A program made the position numbers and the translations under genes. The notes under the pieces are model-generated. The model was not told the DNA's origin. It searched no databases and was given only the letters and a program-made list of their open reading frames with translations. From the NCBI GenBank assembly GCA_963693365.1, contig CAVNZM010000004.1:5582564-5646563 (forward strand): a stretch of 64,000 nt of DNA. The letters are read 5' to 3'. This document shows positions 1 to 22,543 of this stretch, piece after piece. This stretch comes from Amoebidium appalachense. Lineage: Eukaryota > Protista > Ichthyosporea. The first letter of the stretch is position 1, and every line of letters begins with the position of its first letter.

Positions 1-41
1 TGGGTGGGGGGTGGAGGTGGGGTGCTAACAGTGTGCCACAG

Positions 42-986
42 AACAATGTGCCCTGCCGCGCTACACATACCTGCCCGAGCTGGGGCGCTGCTACGGGCTG
101 CAGGAGGGCACGGCCGGCTACCCTTTAGCCGTGCAGTACTGCCACTTTGCCATCCCGGCAAGCCCCGGCAAGGCCCGTCTGCTGACGTACGTGCACCTGT
201 GTGTCTGCATGGGTGTGCGTGTGTTGTGTCTGCCACACACTGTGCACGTGTGGCCGTGTCAATTGTGTGTGCACTGTGGGCTAGTGGCTGACCCCCCCCC
301 CCCCCCCCCCCCAGGTTGGCCAACGAAGGCGAGTATCGGGCCGTGTGGGCACTGCTCAAGGCGGCGCTGCCCAAAGAGTCTGCTCCCATCTGGCTGGGCC
401 TGTCCTACCAGGGGGCAAACGGTAGGTGGCAGCCCATGTGTGCATAGCCCCTGCTTAGATGTGTGCATATGCATATGTGCCCTGCATGCCCCTGCCCAGA
501 TATATCTGTGTGAACCTGTATGTGTGCATATGCATATGTGCCCTGCATGCCCCTGCCCAGATATATCTGTGTGAACCTGTATGGGTGTGTACGTGTGTGT
601 ATTGGGCCTGTCTGGGTGTGTGCTGACACGGGCACGTGCAGGGCCACTGGAGGGTGCAGTGATCGAGTGTGCTGGCATGAGCGATGCTGCCTGTGTGGCG
701 CACATGCGCAGCCTGGTAGGTGGCGTGAAAGGGGCTAGGGCCTGCAGGGTGGTTGGGTGCTGACTGGGCTGGGCAGTGGCCGAGTGGGGGGGTGTGGACA
801 AACAGCAAGGGCCTCGGTGCTACGGGATATGCACCGTGGGAGGATGGTAAGGCACCCCCTGTTGGTGTGTGTGGCCTGCACATCTCCTTGGCTGCCTCAA
901 GGTGGTCTTGGGGTGCTTGCATATTCGGTGGTTTACTTGTACCTCCCCACTCAATGCATGTCTTATCCGTCCATCCCGTCCCTTAT

Positions 987-1021
<35 letters not shown>

Positions 1022-1395
1022 TTCCATGCAACCGGGCATGGTTGCTCTGTGTCGTGCATCTGTAAGCACATACGCATTTTCCGCTGCACTGCATTAGTTT
1101 GCACATACATATTCACCGTTTTGCTCACCTTGCTTGCATAAGCAACCCTGCTCGTCTTTGATCAAGACGGGTTGACCCTCCCAAGTTCAGTTGATGCTGC
1201 TGTCTGAGTTGGAGAGTCGTATAGGGGGGGTCGAAACTCAGACGCAATTGATGACTTGGGCCCTCCCTGAGGATGGGCTCTGCTTATGACGCATACTGTG
1301 CGCATGGCTGATGTTGCATACTTGAATGTTTGCCTTTGCATGTGTCCTTCGTGTATGCGTACTTCGTACCGTGTTCCGCATTCAAACCCCCCCCC

Positions 1396-1442
<47 letters not shown>

Positions 1443-2139
1443 GCACGCGCACCCTGCATACGGACACACTGTGTGCATTTGCACGTGCCACTCCCTGACC
1501 ATCTGCCTTCTAGGCTTTCCGCGCAACGGCTACCCCCCTTGGCAACAGGCCACATCCTACGGCCTTCTTCCCCTTCAACCCGACAGCTGCAGGCCCAGCC
1601 CCGTGGAGGGACTCACGCATCAACGACCAAACAGGGGCCCTGGAGTTGAGACGGGTTGTGTGCGAGTTGGGTAGGTGCACGTGTCTGTGTCACACTGGGT
1701 GGGTGGGTGCATGTGTGCATGGTTTGTCTTGTGTTGGGGCATGTGCTGTAGGTGCATGGGTGTGTTTTAGGTGCAGCTGCGTGGGTATGGCTGTTTCTGC
1801 GACTGCCTGCATGTGTGGCGATTCAGTCTTCTGTCTGATTATGAATGGGCCGGGGATTGGCTGAGGGCTGGCAGTGCGACACAGATAGGTACAACACACT
1901 TTTTAATGATGCTTTCTCCGGCCAACAGATGCATCGTAGGGCGGGGCAGCTACCATGCCGGCATGAATGAAGACAACACTAGGCCACCATGTGGGCCTGT
2001 GACGTATGAATGACGTAAGACCTGGACGCCAAGGGTGTGGGCCTGGACTGAAACACATGCTCTGCACAACACATACCAGCAGAATGGTCGGCCCACTAGG
2101 GGCGGCTGCAGTGGCTGTGAAGTGTACGCTTATTACTGA
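42..2139 (+). CDS. C-type lectin-domain gene, 3' part; 5' end lies outside the window; possibly a pseudogene
   Basis: GT-AG exons 42-186, 315-421, 642-715, 777-846, 1514-1670 and 1929 onward join in frame. They give CALPRYTYLPELGRCY..A..YC..ARLLTLANEGEYRAV..IWLGL..GYAPWEDGFP..ETGCV, which are CTLD motifs. There is a TGA at 2011-2013; the frame then stays open to a second TGA at 2137-2139. Confidence 0.7.
1020..1345 (-). repeat. Dispersed repeat family, copy 1, inside a lectin intron
   Basis: The reverse complement closely matches 53050-53365, for example CAAACATTCAAGTATGCAACATCAGC...GCAGAGCCCATCCTCAGGGAGGGCCCAAGTC...GATCAAAGACGA. Confidence 0.85.
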
Positions 2140-4149
2140 GGGGTTGCAAGTAAGTCCGACTATAGTTTTAATCCACATCTAGACCCCATAACCTATATTA
2201 GAGCCTGGCGTCAAATTGGATTTGAAACACTGTGATCCATGGATTCACGAGGCCCATATGTTGTTTACGATATGTATGTAATTTTAGATGCGCTATTTGG
2301 TTCCGAAAAGGCTGTAAGCTTCCCGGACAGCATGTATGTTCAACACACGAGACAGGGCACAAAGGAATACACGTGGGGGCTATATGCCGTATCTGGGTGT
2401 GGGGCCACGCGAGTGCATATATGAACGTAGTGGGACAACCACGCACACCAGCTGTACACCGCCCAGCAACGGTAAAGACCACGTTGAGTATACCAATTAA
2501 CAATTTGGCATGTGATTGTGTAGGGCAGTGCTCCCAATCGATAAATAAAACACAAACCGTGAAAGCTGATTGCATGTTGAGGCGGATGAATGATAGTGTG
2601 ATGTTTTGGTGTCGACTGGTCCGTCCTGTGTGTCTGTAGGCAAGTTTAGCAGCGCCATAACTTGTTTCATAGGGTAGGACTGGCACATCGCGGTAGCTTC
2701 AATTTGAGTAGAACAACAATCACCTTCACACAGCAAAAAAACAATCCATCTTATCGGCAGGCTTTATGGGTGTTGCTGGGTGTGGTTGTGGTGAAAGACA
2801 AAAAGTAGCGAGACTCTTCTCAGAAAACCTACGAGCAGTCAGCTGCAGCATGCTCAACTCGTGAGCTGTGAGTCTGTCTGTTTGGGCCCACCGTGCCCTG
2901 CTTGCCATTGGAGCAAGTCTAGGGAGAGATCTTTCGAATGGGTTTGTTCGAACAAATACTACATGTACATGGGAGTATGGGCTTGTTCAAACTTATTCCT
3001 GCCGTGGAGAGAAAGGGTTTCAAACAGTTGGAGCTTTAAAAAGGGGTTCTACCAGTATCTGCACTGTAGTATGGAGGGGGGGAGAGGGGGATTACTGGGA
3101 CCCGAAGAGTTACTGAGATGACCAGGCACCGGTTCGGGGGACCCATCAAGCGCAGTTGGCACGGGCCGCTTTTATATTAATCAGACAACGTTATGTAGGG
3201 GCTCAGCCTTCCCCCAACATCCCCCCCCCCCCCCCCCTCCCCCCCCTCCCCCCCCCCCCTCACACCCGCCCCCTCCATCTACCCATGCAGTGATGGTACC
3301 ACCTCTCACCCACAAGCACACGCACGCGCACACACACATACATATGCACACACGTCTACACATGTTCACACGCCATAGCACAACACACACAAACACACAT
3401 GCACCATGTGGTCAACTACTATCACAACCGTTTGCCTGCATGCATAGGAGGTGCCCGGACTTGATTTTTGCACTCTGGCTGGTTACTTATAGAGCTAGAC
3501 GGTGGCCACTGGCACACGGTGCACCTGCCTTGGGTGAATGTGTGAGACAAATCTTTACGAGGAGCGTCGCGCACTGACTATGGATGATACTGGAAGCAAT
3601 CGAGATACGTATACACTAAAAGTACTCAGGAGGCCATGCCGATTGCTAGATGTAGAACTTGTGAATGTGCATTGATGTGCACTTGGTTAAATCACCCTTT
3701 TTTTGCCCCTCAGGCAGTTCCATCTGTAATCAGGCAATTCAGACAATCACCAGCAACACTGTTTGTTAATGAAATATTTTGAAGAAAGAAAATCACACCA
3801 AATGCATGGGCAGTTTAGACCAGGTATTCAGTGTCAACATTGTACGCTCATGTACTGCTGTGATTACAGTTTCATAGACAAACATGGTGGTGTGTGGGTG
3901 CGGATCTATGTAAAGAGGGGGGAAAGGGGGGGGGGGGGGGGGGGGGGGGGGAGGGGGGGAGAGGGCCAGGGGCATATGGAGATGGGACTGGTGGCGATTA
4001 CAAATAGGTTGCACCGTCAGGTAATTACCAAGAGCCAAGAAAATCGCAAGGACTCACCTACGCTGGGAAATTCAATGAAGTTGCATCTGGGCACCCACAC
4101 ATATCGAACATGTGAACAATGCCACGCGTGTGTGCACAGATCTATGAAG

Positions 4150-4374
4150 ATGAACATATTATGCACATGCAGAGACCTCACCATTGCACCCATGGATCCG
4201 GATGTTTGTGGCACAAAATGCCGCGGCCGGGCGGCTCAGCGACAATCCCCTGGCCCAATCGTCTCAACAAACGACAATACTTACCTGCCCCGCCCCCCCT
4301 GTGGTGTTACTTATACTGGCTATAATAACCGCCATCCTTCAGCGCTGCATGCTACCTTAAACATGCATACATGA
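4150..4374 (+). pseudogene. Diverged second copy of the lectin C-terminal segment
   Basis: IAPMDPDVC...RQSPGP...NDNTYLPRPPCGVTY resembles LLPLQPDSC...RPNRGPG...NEDNTRPPCGPVTY from 1560-2010. It is preceded by a TGCAG acceptor. Confidence 0.4.
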
Positions 4375-4722
4375 CACTGCCACAGAGCCCTGTGTTGATA
4401 GCTAATTAGATACTGAGTCACCTTTGGTGATCATGCCAACTATTCTCAACATATCTCGGTACCGGTGGCTGTATCTTTGCAAGGGATACTGTCATATTTA
4501 CCAATTTTCAACAGCTTTACCCTCCAACCCCCCCCCCCCTCCCCCCCCCCCCTCCCCCCCTTCCCCTCCCCCCCCTCCCCCCCCCCCCCCCTCCCCCCCC
4601 CCCCCCACACACACACCTTCCTGGAGGTTTCCTACTGATCTCTTCATATTTACTATTTTTCAACAACCCCCCCCCCCCCCCCCCCCCCACTACTACTACT
4701 ACTATACATACACACACACACG

Positions 4723-4755
<33 letters not shown>

Positions 4756-4844
4756 AAGATGAAAAGGTTGGGTCCAGGGGCACCAGCACTACATTATGCA
4801 TGGGGCTGTCACTTTGCACACTGTACCAATGCCAGTCAAATGCT

Positions 4845-4931
4845 ATGGTATTTGGTATTTGGTATTTGGTATTTGGTATTTGGTATTTGGTATTTGGTAT
4901 TTGGTATTTGGTATTTGGTATTTGGTATTTT
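4845..4931. repeat. (TTTGGTA)n heptamer microsatellite
   Basis: About 12 perfect tandem copies. Confidence 0.95.
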
Positions 4932-5014
4932 TGTCTACCAACCCCAACCCCTCTCTCATCCCCCCCCCCTCCCCCCCCCCCACACACACCCAAACAGAGT
5001 GAAATACCAGTAGT

Positions 5015-5062
<48 letters not shown>

Positions 5063-5384
5063 AAAAGAGAGAGAGAGAGAGAGAAAAAAAGCAACTTGCA
5101 ACACGGCACATGACTGTGGCACCCATCCCCCCCCAGAAGGTAAAAAAAGGAAAGAACACCATAGGCTGCAACAAACACCTCACTACACCTTCACATTCGT
5201 GGGCCAGACATCAAGTGCCTTGGCCAGTCCATCGCATTCAACATAACATGTACTACAAATCATTTACAAACCGTCAACCGTGCTCTCTTTCTCTCTTTTG
5301 CCTCTTCCAGCCATTCTGTAATCATTCGCCTTCCCCCCCCGCCCCCCCCTCCCCCCCCCCCCCCCCCCCCCCCCCCCTTCTCCC

Positions 5385-7456
<2,072 letters not shown>

Positions 7457-8040
7457 GCTCCACTCTGCCTGCACACCCAACCTCACCAGCTCATATACGA
7501 TGGCTGGCCTAACGTGATGGTGTTCAACAAGGCTAAAGAGCACTCAGGAGTGAGCGTGACCGACCATGACGTCATCACAATGGCAGCCTGTGATTGGCTT
7601 AGATTGCACCAACTACGTCATCATAGCGGCTCACTGCACGTCTACAGTACTCAAGGCCACGAGTCACTCCGTAAGTTCGGCCCCTAGAGCCACTAACTTC
7701 GGACATAGGCAGTGTCTCCACCCAGGCAGAGCCACAAAACCACACGGGCAGAGTCACACAGTCACACATCCACAGGCACACGCCCACACAGGCACAGGCT
7801 TTCAGGCACACAGGCACAGGCACACAGCCACGCAGGCACAGCCACGCAGACATAGATCACACACAGTCACACAGGCAAAGACACACAGCCACATAGGCAG
7901 AGACACACAGGCACACAGACACAGACACACAGCCAGGCGCACATCAAAAAGGCCTGCACAGTCGCGCCTATAGACACAGGCAGGTCCAATATTGCTGGAC
8001 CTGTACGGGCGCACCACTGACCCTCTCTCTGCGTGGCACT
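7457..8040. promoter_or_regulatory. Divergent promoter between TAZ and HTATSF1
   Basis: Head-to-head start codons about 580 bp apart. TGACGTCA at 7567-7574, ATTGG near 7593 and CCAAT near 7986. Confidence 0.6.
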
Positions 8041-16334
<8,294 letters not shown>

Positions 16335-17905
16335 CCTTGCGCCATGTGTTGTGTGTGGGCCATCAGGTGCACGTGCAGGGCTGCAGGCAGCAAGAGGAGG
16401 GGCTGGCTGCTGCCAGGTGGTTGGCCGTGGGCTGGCCGGATGCTAAGGGCCACCGCTTTAATGGCAGACGCCAGGGCCCCCTGTCTGTCTTGCCTCGCGT
16501 ATGTACGCAGCACAAGGTGCATACATGCAGTGTTGTACGCCAACACGTAAAATGTAATAAATAGCATGCTTCTGCATGCACGTGCAACCCCACATCACTT
16601 AATGCAGAGAGCTATACCCTTTGGTGTGTCACTCACTGTAGGCACCACAACGGTAGCAATGCAGTCCACTACATGGACGTCACCCTGTTGTGTGCACACA
16701 CTTCAACACCACAGTGACCATGTGCTAACCGTTGCTTCACTACATTGGCCCTGTGTACAGACCCTGTCTCACGTATCAGTCCAGCACCGCAGTGCGATAC
16801 ACAATCACGTGCACCATGCATACGCACGTGTTCGGTATGTCCAGCCTACACGCATTCATGTGATGGCTGTGCACGATGATGGACATGGCGATGCACACGC
16901 ACCCACCGGTACCGGACGTGCATCCTGAGCACCTTGTAATTGAGGGCAATGTACAAGCACGCCTCTACCAGGCCACTTAGCCACCAACATGCCCCGCGTT
17001 GCTTTCCACACGTGCACCCATCACCATCACACCGCCACAGGTACACCCGGCAAGCACTCTACTACGTGCACGGCACTGTGTTTGCTGTGTTCTATCTACT
17101 ACGTCCCCTCCTATTATGTCGTACAAAGTATCAGTGCTACACTCCAGCTGGCTGCAGTCCGGCCACATGTGGGCGGAAGTGGCCATCGATCATTGGCCTG
17201 TCAGGGCATCGCCCGATTGCAAACTGAGATCGATCAATACTGCATATGATCATAGATTCTGCAGACCCACATGCAACATCATGAAGCCATGCCGATTATC
17301 AGCATAACAGTTTTATAACTGAAAGCATGTTTCAGCTGAATTCATCGCCGTGGCTGTGCAGACACATGGCGCGCACTGATGCATGTCTGAGATACATCAG
17401 ATCCATGAGGCATGGTGATTGGCTAAAAGTCACGGCAAGCTGGGCCGTGCATTCTGATGATGCGCAATGTGCGAACAGCTGATCAGTGATCCACATTTGA
17501 CTCTTTGCGAACTGTTGGTTGGCAGTCGACGGTGGTATTGTAGCAGCTATGTGTCGTTTACGTTGGGGATTGTATGAGACGGGGTGGTGCACGCAGACAC
17601 AGGGTGTGGTTGGCTACTGAAGCTGGTTGGAGGTCACAGAGGGCGGTGTGTATACGGGGACACGTAGTGTGCTTGTGTGCGCAGGAAACCAGGGGGCACC
17701 TGTCAGGCCACAGCAACGTTTTTTCAAAAACCAACACAGCATCAACGAAACGTGCACCAGCCAGATCCTCAGATAGGAAGGCACCGGCCTGTCCCTAAAC
17801 ATTTCTTTTACCCATTGGTGGCGGCCGTAAGCCCCAGCCACCGCAGGCACCGAGGGCAGCCTACTCGGTGTTGGCTGGAACCGTGGTGCGGCATGCCTGG
17901 CCAGT

Positions 17906-18213
17906 ATGCTGCAGCGGCTGGCTTACGTGGGGGCGAGGGGCCCAGGCCTGCCCGAGGACCTGGCTGTGCTTGAGTGCCCTGCGGCCAGCCAGACGCCCCA
18001 GGCGCCAGCGGCAGCACGGGGGGGGACGTTCCGGCTGCAGCTGCAGCGGGAGGTGTACTACGACAACGACAGCATCGAGGGCACGCTGGTGGGCAGTGCC
18101 GCCGACAGCCAGGCCGTGGCCAGTCTGAGCCTGGCCCTGGTCTGCCGCTTTGTCTGCAAGGACTACACGTCCCCGCACTACAAGAAGGCCCACACCCTCT
18201 ACAGGTCCGCAAA

Positions 18214-18244
<31 letters not shown>

Positions 18245-18330
18245 TGTGTGTGTGTTTGTGTTGTGTGTGTTGTGTGTGTGTGTGTGTGTTGTGTGTGTGT
18301 GTGCGTGTGTGCACGCGCACGTGTGTGTGT

Positions 18331-18368
<38 letters not shown>

Positions 18369-19551
18369 ATGCGTGCGTGCATTTTTTATTTATTTAATTT
18401 TTTTTATTTTATTTTTTTTTTTTTTGGGGGGGGGGGGGGGAGAATGGTTGCTGCACGGCTGGCTGAGTGTGTGCGCAGGCACGTCAAGGCCGTGGGGCAG
18501 GACTACTACGTGCAGGGCAGTGAGCTGACCGTGCCCGTGGCCTTCACCCTGCCCCCCAACGAGCCCGCCACGTTCGACCACAAGCTGTGCACCTTGCGCT
18601 GGGACGTGCGCCTGGTGCGCAGTGGCGAGCGGGGAGCCCACACGCTCACCCGCTGTGCTTTCCGCAAGGCCTCCCTCTACTACGCCATACCGGGCCACCG
18701 GCCCACGGCCCAGGCTGAGCGGAGGTTCTATCTGGGGGGCAGCACACTGCGGGTCGAGGCGTCGCTGGGCCAGGACGTGTATGTGCTGGGGGAGCCCGTG
18801 GCCGTGACGGTGGCGCTGCATAACGCGTCCAGAGCCGTGCAGGTGGGGCGGGTGCGGGCCGACGTGGTGCAGACGGTGCAGGCCTGGGACAAGGCCCAGC
18901 TGCTGGTGGACAAGCAGTACGTGCTAGACTCGGCAAACACCGACCCAACCCGCTGGCCCGCGGCCCGAACAGACACCCCCGACGGCGGGCTGGTGCGCCA
19001 GCACACATTTTCCCTGCTGCCCCGGCTGGACCCTGAGGGCAAGGCCGGGCGGCAGGACGTGCCCAGTGAGGCCGGCACTGTGGCCGTGCTGGGGCCCACG
19101 GCCGTGTCAGCACGCACCAGCAAGGGCCTGCTGTGCACGCTCAAGTACAGCGTGGTTCTGAGGGTGGCCCTGGTCGGGGCCCAGGATGTGCGCGTGGTCC
19201 TGCCCTTTGCCCTGGGCTGCAGCCCACCCACCCTGCAGGCCCTGCACGACCACACGGTGTTTCCCACGGTTGACGACCCCCCCACATACGACACACACAG
19301 GCGCATGTCCGTGCAGAGCTACACGTCCCTGAGGAGAGACTCAATGGACTCGGTCCTGGCTGATGCCGTGCCCGAGGTGTGTGGGTGCGTGTCTGCAGGC
19401 ACGTGTAAACCCTATGGGTGTGTGGGTGTGTGTCTGCAGGCACGTGTAACCCCTATGGGTGTGTGGGTGGGTGTCTGCAGGCACGTGTAAACCCTATGGG
19501 TGTGTGGGTGTGTGGGTGCCTCTTCACATAGTGGCAGAGGTTTTTTTTTGT

Positions 19552-19588
<37 letters not shown>

Positions 19589-19680
19589 GGGGGGTAAGTT
19601 TTGTGTCTATGTGGCGCGTGTTTTTGTACATGTGTCACTTTTAACGTTGGGTCTGTGTAAAAACGGGCACACGTGTGGGG

Positions 19681-19713
<33 letters not shown>

Positions 19714-20424
19714 GGTTATGGGTTCATTTGTTGTGCGTGTGTGCGTGTGTGCGTGTGCGTGTGTGTGTGGGTGCGGGTGCTGCGCTTCTGTGTGTCTGTA
19801 AATGCTGGCTGGCACTTGTATGTAGGGGTGATCATGTGAATGTAGCTATGCCCAATGCCTTGACAATAGAGTATGGACCTGTTCTTGCGTGTGAAGCGCG
19901 TGTGTGGTGGCACCTGTGGATTGTGTTTGCACTCACACTAATTGTGAGCGTACTTTCTGTGGGTATACAAGCGTGGGCTTCTGTGTGTGCACTTGCACGT
20001 GTTTCTGTGGTGTGCTGGCAGGTGTGGAGGGCCTGTGTGCTGGACCCCTGTAAGTATATAGTCAATGAACCCGCATATGTGCCTGCCCGGCATGCACAAA
20101 CCCCCCCGCAAGCACGTGCATGCCTGTGTGGTGTTGCATGGCACTGACACGTGAGCACAGCTGCCCAGCTCTCTTGGCTGTGGGGGTGGTCGGCAAGGGG
20201 CAGCACGGCGCTACTCCCTGGGGTCTCTGGGGGCGCTGCCACGGCGTGCACGGTCAGGCAGCACCAGCAGCCTGGCTGGGCAGATCCCAACAAGTGCCCC
20301 TTTGGGCCTGGCTGGCCTCAGGCCACGGCGGGGGTCACTGGACAGTGGCCTGCATGCCCTGGCCACCAGGCAGGCCCCACCCCCCCCATTTGATGAGGCC
20401 ATGGGCATGGCCCCAGTCACATAG
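17906..20424 (+). CDS. Arrestin-fold protein with a PPxY motif
   Basis: Exons about 17906-18204, 18479-19376 and 20161-20424. Motifs: VPVAFTLPPNEPATF, RPTAQAERRFYLGGSTLRVEASLGQDVYVLGEPVAVTVALHN, LKYSVVLRV, VVLPF, PPTY. The start codon is uncertain. Confidence 0.8.
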
Positions 20425-20869
20425 CATGAAGGGGCGTTTACTATTTGTGGCATGAAGGTTGGGGGGTGGCTGTTATGCATAAAGGGGGGGGTGGGGGGTT
20501 TGACTAAGGATTGTGGCATGGTATGCCGAGTGACGTAAGTAACATGAGGTAATGGCAGACTAGGCACATAGAGCAGCAGCACATAGGCCCCACAAGGCAA
20601 CACTTTGAATCATGGCCCGGTATGTAGTCTAATATATATGGCCCGGCATGGCCTGGCATGTAATGTACACTATGTATTGTCTTTAAATACGATACTGGCC
20701 CGGCTGGCTCCAGGGACAGACACAGCCCTCTTTACCATGGCCCCAGCCCCCAATTGGCCAACACTGCAAAGGCACCTGGCAGGCACATGCTTCACCACTA
20801 GGCCACGCATGCACACTGACACTAGCCAACCCATGCATGCACATATTTGCTTAGCCCACCCATGCATGC

Positions 20870-21237
20870 TGGCCTGGCGTTGGGCCGTGGGGGGCGTGCC
20901 TGCGGCACGCCGTGTAGAGCCGGAAACGGGTCGGGTTGGCGGGTTGGCGCCGACCCGAGGTTGCTAGGATGTGAGTGACCAGATATGCACCGTCAACTGC
21001 TATAAGTTGCGAAGGTTAGGCCAATAGCTCTCAAGTTACATGCCGTGGCATGGGTTGTGATGCCCCCTGGATAGCCAGTACCGTCTGTTATGGCGTGACC
21101 AGGGTCCGCGCGATCGGCAGAGTGTAGGGAGTTTTACCGCGGCGATCACATTCTGTACATCCGATTTATAGACTTCGGGGCGGTTGTCGCTCAATGGGCT
21201 TGAAGCCGAGCGCTAAACCAAAAAAAAAACAAAAAAA
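20870..21237 (+). mobile_element. Poly-A-tailed retro-insertion (SINE or 5'-truncated LINE 3' end)
   Basis: Ends in A-rich tail AAAAAAAAAACAAAAAAA. Flanked by ACCCATGCATGC at 20858-20869 and 21238-21249. A 3' hairpin CGCTC..GGCT-TGA-AGCC-GAGCG precedes the tail. The insert is CpG-rich. Confidence 0.65.
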
Positions 21238-21839
21238 ACCCATGCATGCACATATATGCTTAGCCCACCCATGCATGCACATATCCTCCACCCATGCATT
21301 CACATTAAAATCAGCCCACCCATGCATTCACCCCACATAATCGCCAACCCATGCATGCCATTAAAGTAATCCACCCATGCACGCACACTAATATTAGCCC
21401 ACCCATGCACGCACACTAATATTAGCCCACCCATGCATGCACGACACACCTCCCCGGCCAGCACGGGGCATGATGTATGGGCTATGCTTATTCAGCCATT
21501 GTCTTGCAATTGGTTGGGTGGCACTATATCATCATACGGATGATGGCCATAGATCTTCGATTCCTGCGGGGTAAAGTCCGATCCCCTTCACCACCACCAC
21601 CACCGGCCACACACACACGCACACACACACACACACACACGCACACACACACGCACACGCACACGCACACACACACACGCACACACACACACACACCCAC
21701 CCACCCACCCACACCCACCCACCCACCCACCCACCCACCCACCCACCCACAGACACACACATACTTGCGTGCGTGCCCGTGCGCGCCCGCGCACACACAC
21801 ACACGCACACACGTACACACACACACACACACGTGTCAG

Positions 21840-21870
<31 letters not shown>

Positions 21871-22543
21871 GGCGCGCTTTCTGCAGCAACCCCTGCCCTT
21901 GAAATCACAGTTGGCCGGACGGCAGTCTTCCCGGTTGGGTCTCAATGCACATTTGTTGGTGCTCAAGGGGTCCGGGGAATAGGTCGGCACACCAGGTGCT
22001 TTTGTGTGTGTCATACATCATAAAGCAGTTCACTGTTGATATCAACACAGAGGGATACTCCCCATCATATCAGCATCCATGCATCCCGGCATTCAAGGAA
22101 CATACACAGCCATACAGCCAAACACGGCCCATGGCCAATACTTAGCAGGATAACCTCCGGGTTCCAACGCACATGTCCCCAACTCCAGTGCTTGCACTAT
22201 GCCTTATTTTGTGCGTGTGCCATAGCCACAGGGCCCTGCACACTGCCCCACCGAAATGGCCCCCATCGACACCCACCCAACCTACACTCTGCCTTCGTGC
22301 ATCTCTATGCCCACTGCTACGTGCCTGCCTGTGTTGAACCGTGTGTACATGTGTGCAGGCCCAGTGTCATGCCCAGGCCTCTAGTTGCTAGCAGGTATGG
22401 GGTACTGTGCCTGTGTGTGTGTGTTCGCCGGGTGCCTTCAGTGCAACCATACATGCACACGCCCTGTCTGAGTCCCTCTCTGGCCTCCCTGTCTGTAGAT
22501 GCCTCACCCTCCTCGATGTTGCCACTTCATCCTTACCCCCCTC

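Noticed and set aside
2180-2196. GGTTATGGGGTCT (minus strand; also at 11141 on plus) as a copia-like PBS
   Set aside because: No adjacent TG...CA LTR pair or PPT was found.
4277-4287. ATACTTACCTG, identical to the U1 snRNA 5' end
   Set aside because: No U1 stem-loop I/II motifs or Sm site follow; it is a chance match or a minus-strand donor-like sequence.
4845-4931. (TTTGGTA)n as an interstitial telomere or LINE tail
   Set aside because: It is not a TTAGGG-type repeat, and no TSD or element body could be identified.
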